From positions 14,409 to 78,408 of IMG/VR virus record IMGVR_UViG_3300017527_001400: a DNA stretch of 64,000 nt; one strand, written 5' to 3'. The position numbers and the translations under genes were made by a program. Under the pieces are notes generated by a model that saw only the letters and a list, made by a program, of their open reading frames with translations, made no database searches and was not told where the DNA came from. The DNA is from a virus. This document shows, one piece after another, positions 35,888-46,575 of this stretch. Numbering within the stretch: the first letter of the stretch is position 1; the number at the start of each line of letters is the position of its first letter.

Positions 35888-37093
35888 ATGGCAAGTGAAA
35901 TGAGAGAAAAAATCAGTAATGCAATGACAAAGCTTGTTCTGGATCATGCCTTCTTTGCGGCTTTGGCGTTGAGACTAAAGGTTGTCGAAAACAAGGCTGT
36001 AGAAACCGGTTATGTAAACAGCAAAGAAATCGGATACAATCCGGATTGGGTAGCCAAACTGTCTCTTGAACAGACAAAAGGCTTTATTGCCCATGAGGTT
36101 ATGCACTTGGCCATGTGTCATCATACGAGAATAGAAGATAGAGACCATGGTTGGTGGAACATCGCTGGTGACTTTGCTATCAATGGTATCCTAGATGAAG
36201 CAGGTCTCGAGCTTCCAGATACACAGTGCCTGGATCGAGCATATGACGGAAAGTCTGCTGAAGAGATCTATGAAAAGGTTTATGATCCAACAAAATCCCC
36301 GGGAAACCAAAGTGGTACTCAAGGAGGAGGCTCTGGAGATGGTACCCCGTCACAGGATCCGGGCGGCTGCGGTGGAGTGGAAAAACATACAGGCCCTGAC
36401 GGAAACACCGCTTCGAAGAGCGATATCAAGAAAGAAGAAGAAAACTGGAAAATGGCTGCCATTGCCGCGGCGAATGCTGCCAAACAGCAAGGTGATCTTC
36501 CCGGGCATTTAAAGGCCCTAATAGAAGACATGAAACGTGCAAAACTCGATTGGAGAATCTTGCTCAGAGAATTCGTTGAAACCTCTTCGAAGAACGATTA
36601 CAACTGGGCCATCCCAAATAGACGATATGCTCAAAGCCGTGTAATCCTGCCGTCACTTCTGTCAAAGGAATTGGGAACGGCCGTAATTGCAGTGGATACA
36701 TCAGGTAGTGTGTCGATCGATGAACTCCAGCAATTCGCTGGTGAAATCAGTTCTATCCTTGAAGAATATCAGGACATAACAATCCAAGTACTATATTGTG
36801 ACACCCGGGTTGCAAAAACCAAAGAATTCCATTCCTCAGACCTGCCGATCAATCTCGAGCTTCATGGTGGTGGCGGTACAGATTTCAAACCTCCATTTGC
36901 CTGGGTAAAGAAGCACCTTGATGGAGATCCAACATGTTTGATTTACTTTACGGATCTTGAATGCAACAGCTACCCTAAAGACCCGGGATACCCAACCATC
37001 TGGGTATGGACAAAAACTCAATGGACCAGCTCATATTGGAAGGCGCCTCCATTTGGCCAGATCGTTGCGATGGACATGACGAAAGACGACTGA
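35888..37093 (+). CDS. DUF2201 metallopeptidase + vWA protein
   Basis: AHEVMH (HExxH), WNIAGDFAIN, VDTSGS MIDAS, GGGGTDF, YFTD. Confidence 0.88.
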   Translation: MASEMREKISNAMTKLVLDHAFFAALALRLKVVENKAVETGYVNSKEIGYNPDWVAKLSLEQTKGFIAHEVMHLAMCHHTRIEDRDHGWWNIAGDFAINGILDEAGLELPDTQCLDRAYDGKSAEEIYEKVYDPTKSPGNQSGTQGGGSGDGTPSQDPGGCGGVEKHTGPDGNTASKSDIKKEEENWKMAAIAAANAAKQQGDLPGHLKALIEDMKRAKLDWRILLREFVETSSKNDYNWAIPNRRYAQSRVILPSLLSKELGTAVIAVDTSGSVSIDELQQFAGEISSILEEYQDITIQVLYCDTRVAKTKEFHSSDLPINLELHGGGGTDFKPPFAWVKKHLDGDPTCLIYFTDLECNSYPKDPGYPTIWVWTKTQWTSSYWKAPPFGQIVAMDMTKDD

Positions 37094-37398
37094 TGGGCGA
37101 ATATAAAAGACCGGGGTTCCAAACGTTTGTCGTTAAGATACCACACTCAAACTATCTTGACACTCACATTTGCAGAAATATGAGCGTCAAGCCTCTGCTT
37201 GTCGAAAATAAAAGAGGTAAAGCTGCAGACATTGCCTGGACTATGCATTGTGATGTTGAATACCTTATCGAAGAAATGAACAGCAAATCGATAACCTTTC
37301 AAAAGCATATGATTGACATGATGCTAAAACATATTCATAGAGAATCTTATGATATCTGGACCTTAATCAATCAACACCTTGAGGAAAAAGATGAATAA
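37093..37398 (+). CDS. hypothetical protein
   Basis: TGATG overlap. Confidence 0.5.
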   Translation: MGEYKRPGFQTFVVKIPHSNYLDTHICRNMSVKPLLVENKRGKAADIAWTMHCDVEYLIEEMNSKSITFQKHMIDMMLKHIHRESYDIWTLINQHLEEKDE

Positions 37399-37601
37399 AG
37401 TCTACATAGAAATAATGCTGACCTTTATTGCAGGATTTTTGATATTCATATTGATTGAGCTTTACAGTTTCCACGATGATTTCAGTCATGAATATCGTCC
37501 TGAAAAACACTATCACAGTACGATCGATGCTCCGGTGGCTGCCGGCGGAAAGATCGTCTTCATCGATCAAGACTGTGACCAACCAGACGAACTCGGAGAT
37601 C

Positions 37602-38066
37602 ATGATGAATGAAAAAGATCCAGATGGCCTAAACCCAAGCGACCCGGGAGCAAAATTAGATGCAGATAAACCCATGGCATCCCTACTGCAATTATTTTCA
37701 AGAGCACTCATCGAAATTGCCAAGGTGGGGACATTCGGAGCTAATAAGTATAGTCGAGGTGGCTGGCAACACGTTGCTGACGGTGAAGTCAGATATTCAG
37801 ACGCACTCTGGAGACACTTACTTGCGGAAAATCTTGAAGAACGCGACCTTGATTCCGGGCAGCTGCATATGGCTCAGGTAGCATGGAACGCTTTGGCAAG
37901 ACTTGAACTTAATTTAAGGAGGAAAGATGGAACATTATCTAGTACAGAACAGCTCTCAGGGAAGGATCAAATTCCTGCACCTATCACTGGTGGGGGAAGA
38001 CATGCAGTCAGTTTGGGGTCTCATCGGGGGAAAGACCCAGACCAAGATGACTTCTTACCAACCTAA
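37602..38066 (+). CDS. dATP/dGTP diphosphohydrolase domain protein (DUF5664-like)
   Basis: GAK.DADKP..SLL, V.TFGANKY...W, YSDALWRHL, DSGQLHMAQVAWNAL. Confidence 0.85.
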   Translation: MMNEKDPDGLNPSDPGAKLDADKPMASLLQLFSRALIEIAKVGTFGANKYSRGGWQHVADGEVRYSDALWRHLLAENLEERDLDSGQLHMAQVAWNALARLELNLRRKDGTLSSTEQLSGKDQIPAPITGGGRHAVSLGSHRGKDPDQDDFLPT

Positions 38067-39207
38067 AAATGTTGGGCGATCAAATGAAATGTCAATAATG
38101 GACGTTGCAATAGCTGACATCGAACGAAAGGTAGCCAGAAAGGTGAAAAACGGTTATCGAATCGTACCCGATCTGGACAACATTGGCACAGCTGCTGAGC
38201 CAGACAAAATGGACTTTGATAACCCGCCAACGTCATTCTGCCCGTCCAAACCAATCTCACAACCGACGGCCAAGCACATTGAAAAAGCAACTGCTGGAAC
38301 ACACATATATCAGGTTAAAGAAAACGGCATGTGCCATTATGCCTTTTTTGGCAGCACGGGTAAGGTTCGAATCTTTACCCGAAGAATGAATGATCATACA
38401 GCTAAATACCCAGGCATCGCTTTGAATCTGAAACAAGCATGCATACCAAAGAACAGCGTCCTTGGAATCGAGCTCGTCGTTTCTCCAGGGATTGGCAACC
38501 ATCAAGAAAATCATAAATATATGCAACAGATCTCAAAGGTCGATACACATAAAGGCGAGCTCAAAGATGATCTTACAGAATCGTTTGCCAGACAGCAGAA
38601 AAATCAAGTCAGAGGTTGTGTGTTCTCGATTTATTACTGGGATAGTGAAGAGATCTGGAAAAAGAAATCCAATGAATCTCTCATCTTGATTGAAACGAAG
38701 TTTCATAGCAGGGACAACGGAAATCGATTGTATGCTCCAAAATCTATTCCATTGAGAGGAATCGAACAAGCAAGGACATGGTTAAAGCAACAAAAAGGTA
38801 TGATCGAAGGACTGGTGCTGTGGGATCTTGATGATAAGGTTGACGTTGGATTCTCTGGCAAACCCAAACGCCGGGCATCATACAAGATAAAGATCGTGCT
38901 TGAAACAGATGTCATCGCTTATGGTTGGGAAGAAGGAAAGACAAAGGGTGAGATAGGATCCTTACTCATTGGAAAACTTAATAAAGACCATGGATTACCA
39001 GTGGGCGTTTTTGATGCAAGCCAGCTTATTGAGATGGGCAAGGTCGGCTCAGGTTTAAAAGGCGACCTGCTTGATCCAGCCAACTGGGACTTCCCACAAG
39101 TCATAGAGATCAAGTATGACGTTCAAAATCCAAATGGCAGCTTTATTTTCCCACGCTTCAGTAAGGTCCACGAAGACAAGGTGCCGGCCGAATGTATCCA
39201 AGAATAG
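37927..39207 (+). CDS. ATP-dependent DNA ligase with WGR-like N-terminus
   Basis: WGLIGGK..., motif I QVKENG, IFTR, EGLVL, YKIK, GKVGSG, FPRF. Confidence 0.85.
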   Translation: MEHYLVQNSSQGRIKFLHLSLVGEDMQSVWGLIGGKTQTKMTSYQPKNVGRSNEMSIMDVAIADIERKVARKVKNGYRIVPDLDNIGTAAEPDKMDFDNPPTSFCPSKPISQPTAKHIEKATAGTHIYQVKENGMCHYAFFGSTGKVRIFTRRMNDHTAKYPGIALNLKQACIPKNSVLGIELVVSPGIGNHQENHKYMQQISKVDTHKGELKDDLTESFARQQKNQVRGCVFSIYYWDSEEIWKKKSNESLILIETKFHSRDNGNRLYAPKSIPLRGIEQARTWLKQQKGMIEGLVLWDLDDKVDVGFSGKPKRRASYKIKIVLETDVIAYGWEEGKTKGEIGSLLIGKLNKDHGLPVGVFDASQLIEMGKVGSGLKGDLLDPANWDFPQVIEIKYDVQNPNGSFIFPRFSKVHEDKVPAECIQE

Positions 39208-39443
39208 AAATAGGGCAAACGCACTATGTATGGATGATAGGTGTAAGCACTGGCATAGTGATTGGATATACGGATAATGCTAAAGAAAAATACAAGATAG
39301 GAATAGGACACAAGCTAGCTACATGGTCTCCAAGTGTATTTAAAATACCAACAAAAATTCCTGATCGAATTTTAAGGGTCTTTGGTAAAATGAAATTATT
39401 AGGGAAAATATAATGGGATACATATATCAAGCATGGAGGGGTA

Positions 39444-39854
39444 ATGTTAAGAAAGGTAAAATCTTGGTTCTTGGGCATTTTGAAACCTGGGAAGAAGCCA
39501 ACAGAAAGCTCAAAAAAACAACCCGACTCTACCCACAACAAGGCGTCGACAGCATCAACCTCGTCACAAACGAACGGAACGAAAATACTCGGGGGCCCGA
39601 GCCGGAAAGCGTTCGGAAAGAAAGACATAATCCCAATGAACTTTACAGACGGAACAGACCCGTTCTGGGATCTCGCCCCAAAGTTAAACGAAGTCGAAAA
39701 GGAAGCAAGAAACGGAAAAACAAACGTGTTAATAATAATCCAAAGAAGTGATGAAGGAATATCTACGTATTGGAGAGGAACAAAGCCACTTACAGCTGCA
39801 CTCGGCTCTTTAGAATTTGGAAAACTCCAATTATACGAAAATGGAGGAGAATAA
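39444..39854 (+). CDS. hypothetical protein
   Basis: GGAGG RBS. Confidence 0.5.
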   Translation: MLRKVKSWFLGILKPGKKPTESSKKQPDSTHNKASTASTSSQTNGTKILGGPSRKAFGKKDIIPMNFTDGTDPFWDLAPKLNEVEKEARNGKTNVLIIIQRSDEGISTYWRGTKPLTAALGSLEFGKLQLYENGGE

Positions 39855-40061
39855 ATGAATAGCCGCAGATTATTCCCAACATACAAAAAAGCCAAGAAAT
39901 TCCTGCAACTTCAGCGAATAATGCATCCTATGAAAACTGAAAACTGGAATATCTATGACATGAAGAAATCTCACCCACGAATGACAAAGAATCGATATTT
40001 TGTTGGAAGCTATTTTGAATGGCTTCAATGCTAATTAAGGCAAGCTTAATGGCAGCTGGTA

Positions 40062-40247
40062 ATGGAGATAACAATGGAAAAAGAAATTTGTCCACTATTT
40101 ACAGCAGCCAGCATAGCAGCTGGCGTAATAGGAAAGTCTTATAGAGTTTGTGTTGAAGAATGCAAATGGTATAACAAAAAAGAAAAGACATGTATTGTTG
40201 AGGAATTAGATAGAAGTCTTATGGATATTTCTAAGAATCTTCCTTAA
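40062..40247 (+). CDS. small Cys-rich protein
   Basis: ICPL...C..EECKWY...C. Confidence 0.5.
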   Translation: MEITMEKEICPLFTAASIAAGVIGKSYRVCVEECKWYNKKEKTCIVEELDRSLMDISKNLP

Positions 40248-41691
40248 CTCCGCTACTGTCTAAATCTTCCTCCTCAACTTCAAGCTCAAGTTTGGCATTA
40301 ATCAGGATCTCCTCTTCAATGATTTCATAGTCTTCATCAGTTAGATCCGGCAGAACCATCTTGGTCATGTGTTTCTGAGCTTTCTGTTTAAAGGTCGTAC
40401 TGCTCACCTCACTAATGCTCTTGATAATATTGTCAAGGCTAAGGCTTAGATCATCGATAGAAAAGTGCGGAGAACGAGTGATGCCAACATCTTCAAATTG
40501 GTCTTCCATGTTTTGCCATTTACACCATAAACGGATTATGTTTTCCTCTGATTCAAGCAGATTGGCATTTTTCTGAATCAAAACACTGTTCAACTGTTGA
40601 AACTCGTATCGGAGAGCAAGACCCGACGACACTTCGTTGTTACTTTTCCGTTGGCCATGCACACCGGAAAGGTGGGCGATCCGATACGTTTCATCGGTCT
40701 TTCGGTCAATCCATCTCAATACAGCCTCAATAGGCTCAGCAATGGCCGCCTCCATCCAATCGGGTCTCGCCTGTGGATTGTCTGGCGGGAACTCCTGCAC
40801 AGCACGAACACCTACCGTCTCACCTGCTGGTTCATCACCTTCTTTTTGCATAGGCAATCTCAACATCGGAAACCCAGCGAACTTAATTACCTCTTCGCCA
40901 TGAGATAGATTCCTCACGATACTGGCTGTTATATAAGATATTTCACGTATGTCTGATATACCAATGTATGGTGTATAGATATTCTTGATGTTCGGCAACC
41001 ATACAAATGGAATCTCATCTAATGGATTTACCCCGGCGCTAACAAGTATTGCCTGGCCTTTATTTACGAATGATGCTTGGGCCATCTCTTTATCATTCAT
41101 GATCCTCCAGATCTCCCATCTATCTTTTCTCCAGATCGTAAAGGTATCTTTATCTTTTTCCCTAAGCTTGAGATATACCAATTCGGGACGATGTGTATCT
41201 GGATTAGTCTTCCACTCCCAATCATAGATATTAGAAAGGGTATACATACTGCAGTAAGGATACACACCTGCTGATATCTCCTGAGCTTTTGTCTTCATGT
41301 CACCGGCCTTGTTAACCAGGACGCCGGCTGAGCCGTAGACAGAGGCAATCTTCTGTGAATTGTTCAGGAACATATCGAGATCTGTGCCAGAAAGATCAGC
41401 ATCTTTTTCAAACATCTTCCATTGCTTATCCTGCTCAACACCACCCATATGACGAACAGGTGCTCTTTCAGTCAGATAAAAATTAAAAAGATCAACAATA
41501 GCAGCAGAATAGTTAAAGCAGATGCCCTCTTCAATTCGACTTTTCCAATTCTTGAATGATTCCAGTGGATGCTGCGTTAAGGCATTCTCAATGAAAGGAC
41601 GACCACCATCATACGCTAATCTATAAAAATTCCATGAAGTTTCGTTAGCTATATGAATGTCATGTTTTTTTTCTAGCTCTTGCTTATCCAT
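40231..41691 (-). CDS. portal protein
   Basis: AYDGG, CFNYSAAIVD, EIPFV, SGLALRYEFQQLN; follows terminase. Confidence 0.85.
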   Translation of the reverse strand: MDKQELEKKHDIHIANETSWNFYRLAYDGGRPFIENALTQHPLESFKNWKSRIEEGICFNYSAAIVDLFNFYLTERAPVRHMGGVEQDKQWKMFEKDADLSGTDLDMFLNNSQKIASVYGSAGVLVNKAGDMKTKAQEISAGVYPYCSMYTLSNIYDWEWKTNPDTHRPELVYLKLREKDKDTFTIWRKDRWEIWRIMNDKEMAQASFVNKGQAILVSAGVNPLDEIPFVWLPNIKNIYTPYIGISDIREISYITASIVRNLSHGEEVIKFAGFPMLRLPMQKEGDEPAGETVGVRAVQEFPPDNPQARPDWMEAAIAEPIEAVLRWIDRKTDETYRIAHLSGVHGQRKSNNEVSSGLALRYEFQQLNSVLIQKNANLLESEENIIRLWCKWQNMEDQFEDVGITRSPHFSIDDLSLSLDNIIKSISEVSSTTFKQKAQKHMTKMVLPDLTDEDYEIIEEEILINAKLELEVEEEDLDSSGVKEDS

Positions 41692-41707
41692 TTTGATTTC
41701 CTTTTTT

Positions 41708-43207
41708 TTACTTCCAGAATAACCTTCGTGATCGTTTGTATTGTGGCCGGGCAGCCCACCTAAGATATTGGGATGTCGAATCGACTATATCATCAAACTT
41801 GCCATATGGAAATTGTGCGATCTGCGTTTCAAATTCTACCCTCCATGAAGCCTTTTCAGGAATAAATAGATTTCCAGCCTCTATGATTGGAGAAGTTTCG
41901 CTCATACGAATTTTTTTGTTCACATCTGCCTTAATTGGCAGAACAGTAAGATCGGGATGCTTTTCACGTAAATCCTGGATAAGGCTTTGTCCACTGGCCT
42001 TGTCCTCTATTAATATAGGTATAGGACCAAATCCATAAGCCTTCCATTTATCATGAAGACGAATAACGGCCCGTTTAAGTCTTGGATATGTTAGACGTTT
42101 ATTGACGAGATCGAGAAGATAATGTTTACCGTTTTTACCAAGACCCCAAACGGTACCTGCTGATGGATCATTAAGCTGAGCCTCTTTGAAGGCTGTATCC
42201 CAGGAACAGACGACCTTTACCAGTTTTGGGAGGATGCCATCGTTGATGTGCTTCCGCCACTTGTTTGATAATCGATCAAGACTGAATAAGGCTTCGCAGT
42301 TAGGGAACATGAAGTACTGCCATTCGTGTAACGGATAATGTTGAAGCCAGTTGATATCAACGATACCTTCACCCTCGGGGATGGGTCGCTGTTGGTAGAG
42401 GGATGACCACTCACGGGTTCCGATGGTAGCTCTGGTGGCTTCAAGTCTCTCCTTGTCATATCTTGATGGCCACAACGGATCGCCTGACTTTCTGCCAATA
42501 ATATCCCCATCTTCTTCCGCGATTGCTGGAAGCTCAAGTACCTTCCAATTCTCATGTGCCGCTTCATCTTGTAAGAACCCCGCCAAATCATAATAACTCC
42601 ATCTTGTCATAATTAAAATAATTGCATGTTTATCCATGAGACGAGTATAAGCAACAGCACGAAACCAATTACGTAGATCGGCTTGTGAAGCTTCCGAATC
42701 AGCGTCCTTACGTCCTTTAATTGGGTCATCAATAATAAAAAGATGAGCACCACGCCCAGTAACAGCGCCACCAACGCCTGTGGAAAAGTATGCTCCGTCT
42801 TTTTCTGTGCTGAACTTGTTTGCGCCTTTACTGTCTGTTGAAATCGCAGATCCTGGAAAAATTTCATTGTATGCCGGGTCCGTTAGTTGATTTCTGACCT
42901 TTCTTCCAATGTCTGTTGATCGATCGAAAGAATAGGTAGCTGATATAATTTCTCGTTCTGGATGTCTGCCAAGGTACCAAGCTGGAAAGAACTCCGAAAC
43001 AAGCATTGTTTTTCCGTGTCTCGGAGGCATAAAAATCATTAATCGTTCAATTTTGCCTTGCTCAACCTTTTCAAGATGGGACGCGATAAGACGATGGTGA
43101 GGAGCTATCTCGTACTTGGGGTATTGTAATTTGACATAGGAAAGAAGTTTGGCATGTGCGTAAGCCCGAACTTTCTGTATAGGATCACTAAACAGGCTCT
43201 GAGGCAT
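41708..43207 (-). CDS. terL: terminase large subunit
   Basis: PPRHGKT, GRGAHLFIIDDP, LYQQRP, SWDTA, IEDKASG, FP.GK.DD.VD. Confidence 0.93.
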   Translation of the reverse strand: MPQSLFSDPIQKVRAYAHAKLLSYVKLQYPKYEIAPHHRLIASHLEKVEQGKIERLMIFMPPRHGKTMLVSEFFPAWYLGRHPEREIISATYSFDRSTDIGRKVRNQLTDPAYNEIFPGSAISTDSKGANKFSTEKDGAYFSTGVGGAVTGRGAHLFIIDDPIKGRKDADSEASQADLRNWFRAVAYTRLMDKHAIILIMTRWSYYDLAGFLQDEAAHENWKVLELPAIAEEDGDIIGRKSGDPLWPSRYDKERLEATRATIGTREWSSLYQQRPIPEGEGIVDINWLQHYPLHEWQYFMFPNCEALFSLDRLSNKWRKHINDGILPKLVKVVCSWDTAFKEAQLNDPSAGTVWGLGKNGKHYLLDLVNKRLTYPRLKRAVIRLHDKWKAYGFGPIPILIEDKASGQSLIQDLREKHPDLTVLPIKADVNKKIRMSETSPIIEAGNLFIPEKASWRVEFETQIAQFPYGKFDDIVDSTSQYLRWAARPQYKRSRRLFWK

Positions 43208-43748
43208 CTATAATATCTCCACCAACGTCTGCTAGCCGTTTAAGGCCATCAAACTCATTGTTAGAAGCATTCACAATTTCATCTATTTGGGCTGTTGTCA
43301 GATTGGCAGTAACACTTTGAACGCGAATATTCCTCGTATTCATCTGACCTGCACCAACAAGTTTGGTTTCAAGCTCTATGATCTTCCGTATTTCTTCAAC
43401 AAGCTTTCCTCCAGTAGCATTCTTGGGTAAAGACCTTAGCTTTTCCCAAGCCCACCTATGAAGAACCTCAAGTCTTGCCATACTCCGTGTAAGCACAATC
43501 CCAGCATCAACAAGAGGACTGCTCAAAAGCCTATGCGTTACAACCTTTACATCACGCTTTATAGTGTCGAGACTTACGCTATGATGTGTCGCCATGTCTT
43601 TTTGAGTCCATCCATCAAGCCATTGTCTTTGAACATCTGCACGACGACTTATAATCTGTCTTGACCTAAATTTGTAGTTTTTAACAGCGCGGGAACTTGC
43701 ATTAAATTCCTTGCCATAACCAACTGGATTGTTAAGATTAATAGCCAT
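43188..43748 (-). CDS. terminase small subunit (HTH)
   Basis: GWTQKDMA..HSVSLDTIKRD HTH; directly upstream of terL; start at MAINLNN. Confidence 0.7.
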   Translation of the reverse strand: MAINLNNPVGYGKEFNASSRAVKNYKFRSRQIISRRADVQRQWLDGWTQKDMATHHSVSLDTIKRDVKVVTHRLLSSPLVDAGIVLTRSMARLEVLHRWAWEKLRSLPKNATGGKLVEEIRKIIELETKLVGAGQMNTRNIRVQSVTANLTTAQIDEIVNASNNEFDGLKRLADVGGDIIDASEPV

Positions 43749-43807
43749 ATAGGGTGTCCTTAATAATAGGAATATACAAGATATAGTAGTGAATAAAGAA
43801 GAAATAT

Positions 43808-43845
43808 GTTGACATTTAATAAAATATAAATTAAAAATTGTCAAC
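43808..43845. promoter_or_regulatory. overlapping opposite-strand sigma70-like promoters
   Basis: GTTGACA...TGTCAAC inverted -35 boxes in the AT-rich gap between divergent packaging and head operons; minus-strand TATTAA at 17-nt spacing. Confidence 0.45.
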
Positions 43846-44023
43846 AATAATATGGTATTGAACCATAGCTTGTGAAGGGGCCATTTAACAAATACGGAAG
43901 CAAAGAGCGATGGGAAAGCCAAAAGATGCGAGAGGCGTCGGAGGCGGCGGGATGCCCGATTCAATCTAACCTTCTAAGATGGCATTAACGCAGCGATAGG
44001 CTGCACGACGGGAGGTCAAAGCC

Positions 44024-44836
44024 ATGAAACTGAAGCTTAATGAAGATGGAAACGTTGTTGTACAGGATGGAATGCCGGTTTATGTTGATGACAAAAACAA
44101 TGATATCGTTCATGATGCACCAAAATTATTGTTTAAAGTCAATGCGTTAACCCAGGAGAAAGATCGTCACTTCGAAACAGCCAATGGTTTGCAGAAAAAG
44201 CTGGACGTTTTCGACGGTATCGATCCTAAAAAAGCTGCAGATGCGCTTGCGGTTGTCGAAAAACTTGATGGGAAAGAAATGATTGAAGCTGGTGAATTCG
44301 ACAAGCTAAAAGGGCAGATGCAGGACATCTCAGACCAGAAACTTGATGAACAAAAGCAAGTATTCGAGGCAAAGATAAGCGACTTATCAGCCCTGTCTGA
44401 AACCCAAAAAGGGACAATAGAACACTTGATTGTCACTAACCACTTCGCTCAAAGCCCATACTTTTCCGGCTCAAAACCAAAGACCGTTTTAAGTCCGGAC
44501 CTCGCAGCCAATGTATTCAAAGATTTTTTCAAAGTTGAAGGTGAGGGTCAAACGACAAAGCTCGTCGGGTATATTGACGGAGAAAAAATTCCATCCAGAA
44601 AAAATGTCGGTGAACCGGCGAATTTCAATGAAGCGATATCCACAATCATTGAGCATCATCCAGAGAAAGATCGTTTTCTTTCCTCCTCAGTAGGAGGGGG
44701 CCCTGGATCAGGGAGCAACTTTAACGTAGACGATGGAGTCGTTATGATCTCTGCAGCTGATGCAAAAGTTCCCGCAAAATATCGAGCAGCGCGAGAAAAA
44801 GCAGAAAAAGCAGGGGTTTTGATAAAGATCGTCTAA
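44024..44836 (+). CDS. capsid scaffolding protein
   Basis: GGGAGG RBS; MKLKL..DG.VVVQDGMPVY, coiled coil, GGGPGSG tail; upstream of coat. Confidence 0.8.
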   Translation: MKLKLNEDGNVVVQDGMPVYVDDKNNDIVHDAPKLLFKVNALTQEKDRHFETANGLQKKLDVFDGIDPKKAADALAVVEKLDGKEMIEAGEFDKLKGQMQDISDQKLDEQKQVFEAKISDLSALSETQKGTIEHLIVTNHFAQSPYFSGSKPKTVLSPDLAANVFKDFFKVEGEGQTTKLVGYIDGEKIPSRKNVGEPANFNEAISTIIEHHPEKDRFLSSSVGGGPGSGSNFNVDDGVVMISAADAKVPAKYRAAREKAEKAGVLIKIV

Positions 44837-44859
44837 TTTCCTAATAAAGGAGATTTAAA

Positions 44860-46065
44860 ATGCCGAACACAATCGACCCTTATAATCCTATTTTTTATGC
44901 TCAAGAAGCGCTTATCGTTCTGGAAGATGCCCTTGGCATGGCTGCTCGCGTTCATCGTGGATACGATGCAGAACGCAAATCAGCCAACAAAGGCGATACA
45001 ATTCAGATCAGTAAACCCGGTACCTTCACAACCGCTGTTGGTGGTAATGGATCCACAGTACAGGATCTCGAACCTACCAGCATCGACATGACGCTGGACA
45101 ATTGGCGTGAGGTGAAGTTTGGCTTGACCGATAAGGAACTGGCCTACACCACAGAAAAAATCATTTCCGATCACCTTTCCCCGGCCACATATGCACTGGC
45201 CCATTACATCGAAACAACCCTTACAAACCTTTATCAGAAGGTACCGTGGTCTTTCGACATCGCAGCATCTCCTGGTGCTGATGACATCGTCGATGCCAGA
45301 AAAGTCCTGCGGGACAATGCTGGAACCATTGTTGACTCCGATATGATCCATTTCGGAATCGACTCCACCATGGAAGCAGCCTTCCTGAAAAGTGAAGTAT
45401 TTCATGCAGCTCGCATTGCTGGCGCCGATGCCAACAAACAGGCTCTGCTGAATGGTTCCCTCGGGGAACGGTTTGGCTGTGAGCATTTTGTACAGCAAAC
45501 ATTGGCTCAGCATACATCTGGTACAGTCGTATCAGTTGCAAGCGATCTGGTAGGTGTTGTAACCGGTGCTCATGCAAAAGGCGTATCATCTCTGTTAGTT
45601 GGATCCCTTGAAGCTGGTGACAGTTCCAGCGTTACCAAGACTCTCAAGGCTGGCGACAGTTTTGTTATTGCTGGCGATACCCAGCGCTACACAGTGACAG
45701 AAGACGTTGTCCTGTCAGCTGGTGTTGCTACCTTGGCTATTTGGCCCAAACTGGCTGTAGCGATGTCTGGTTCTGAGGTAATTACCTTTGAAACAGCCGA
45801 TTCAACAAATTACGCTGACAGTTATTATCCAAACCTGATGTTCCACAGAAATGCTTTCGCATTGGCTCTTGCCCCTCTCCCCGATCTGGGCAACAACGCC
45901 GGAGCGCGCATGGCTGTGGCAACCGATCCGAGAACCGGACTCTCGATCAGATCACGCCTTGCATATGATGATTCCTATGCAAAGGTACTGATTACCCTTG
46001 ATGTTCTGTTTGGTGTCAAATGTCTTGACCCGAACTTGGCGGTTGTAGCTCGAAGAAACGCTTAA
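44860..46065 (+). CDS. major capsid protein (P22 coat-like)
   Basis: KGDTIQISKP, NLMFHRNAFALA..PL, GLSIR, LDVLFGVK. Confidence 0.9.
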   Translation: MPNTIDPYNPIFYAQEALIVLEDALGMAARVHRGYDAERKSANKGDTIQISKPGTFTTAVGGNGSTVQDLEPTSIDMTLDNWREVKFGLTDKELAYTTEKIISDHLSPATYALAHYIETTLTNLYQKVPWSFDIAASPGADDIVDARKVLRDNAGTIVDSDMIHFGIDSTMEAAFLKSEVFHAARIAGADANKQALLNGSLGERFGCEHFVQQTLAQHTSGTVVSVASDLVGVVTGAHAKGVSSLLVGSLEAGDSSSVTKTLKAGDSFVIAGDTQRYTVTEDVVLSAGVATLAIWPKLAVAMSGSEVITFETADSTNYADSYYPNLMFHRNAFALALAPLPDLGNNAGARMAVATDPRTGLSIRSRLAYDDSYAKVLITLDVLFGVKCLDPNLAVVARRNA

Positions 46066-46094
46066 TCCATAACATTCAGTCTTCAACCTGATAT

Positions 46095-46132
46095 AAAAAA
46101 GGCGGGTGGATTTAATCCGCTCGCCTTTTTTT
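46095..46132 (+). terminator. rho-independent (bidirectional) terminator
   Basis: AAAAAAGGCGGGTGGA-TTTAA-TCCGCTCGCC-TTTTTTT. Confidence 0.85.
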
Positions 46133-46166
46133 CTATACCAAAATTTTAACCAAATGGGGGCAAAGA

Positions 46167-46550
46167 ATGAGACTCGAGACAGTTGAGTGTGTACATCCTG
46201 CGAATAGCACGCAGAAAATGATTATCAATAAGTCGGACTATAACCCACTCGTTCATGTTTTGTGGGAAGACCGTGTCAATGAAGCCTTAAAAGAAAAGGC
46301 CATTAAAGAAAAAAAGGCCGAAGAAAGAAAGGCAGCTAAAAAAGAGAAAGATCGAAAAGAAGCTGAGCTGAAAAAGGCTGCTGAAAACGAAAAGAAAAAG
46401 GCTGACAAAGAGAAGGCCGACAAAGAGGCCAAAGAAAAGGCTGACGAAGAAGCCAAGGCTGAAAAAGAAGCCAAGGAAAAGGCCGACAAAGAGGCCAAGG
46501 CTGAAAAAGAAGCCAAAGACAAGAAAAAAACGTCCGGGGCAAAACGATAA
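46167..46550 (+). CDS. hypothetical protein with EK/AK-rich tail
   Basis: MIINKSDYNP..H motif then KEKADKEAK repeats. Confidence 0.7.
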   Translation: MRLETVECVHPANSTQKMIINKSDYNPLVHVLWEDRVNEALKEKAIKEKKAEERKAAKKEKDRKEAELKKAAENEKKKADKEKADKEAKEKADEEAKAEKEAKEKADKEAKAEKEAKDKKKTSGAKR

Positions 46551-46575
46551 CTTTTAATAGACAGGAGATATTCCC

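Noticed and set aside
37602-38066. Z-genome (2-aminoadenine) pathway
   Set aside because: Only the diphosphohydrolase-like domain is present; no PurZ or DatZ recognisable in this window
46290-46530. Nucleotide repeat array
   Set aside because: Explained by low-complexity KEKADKEAK protein repeats
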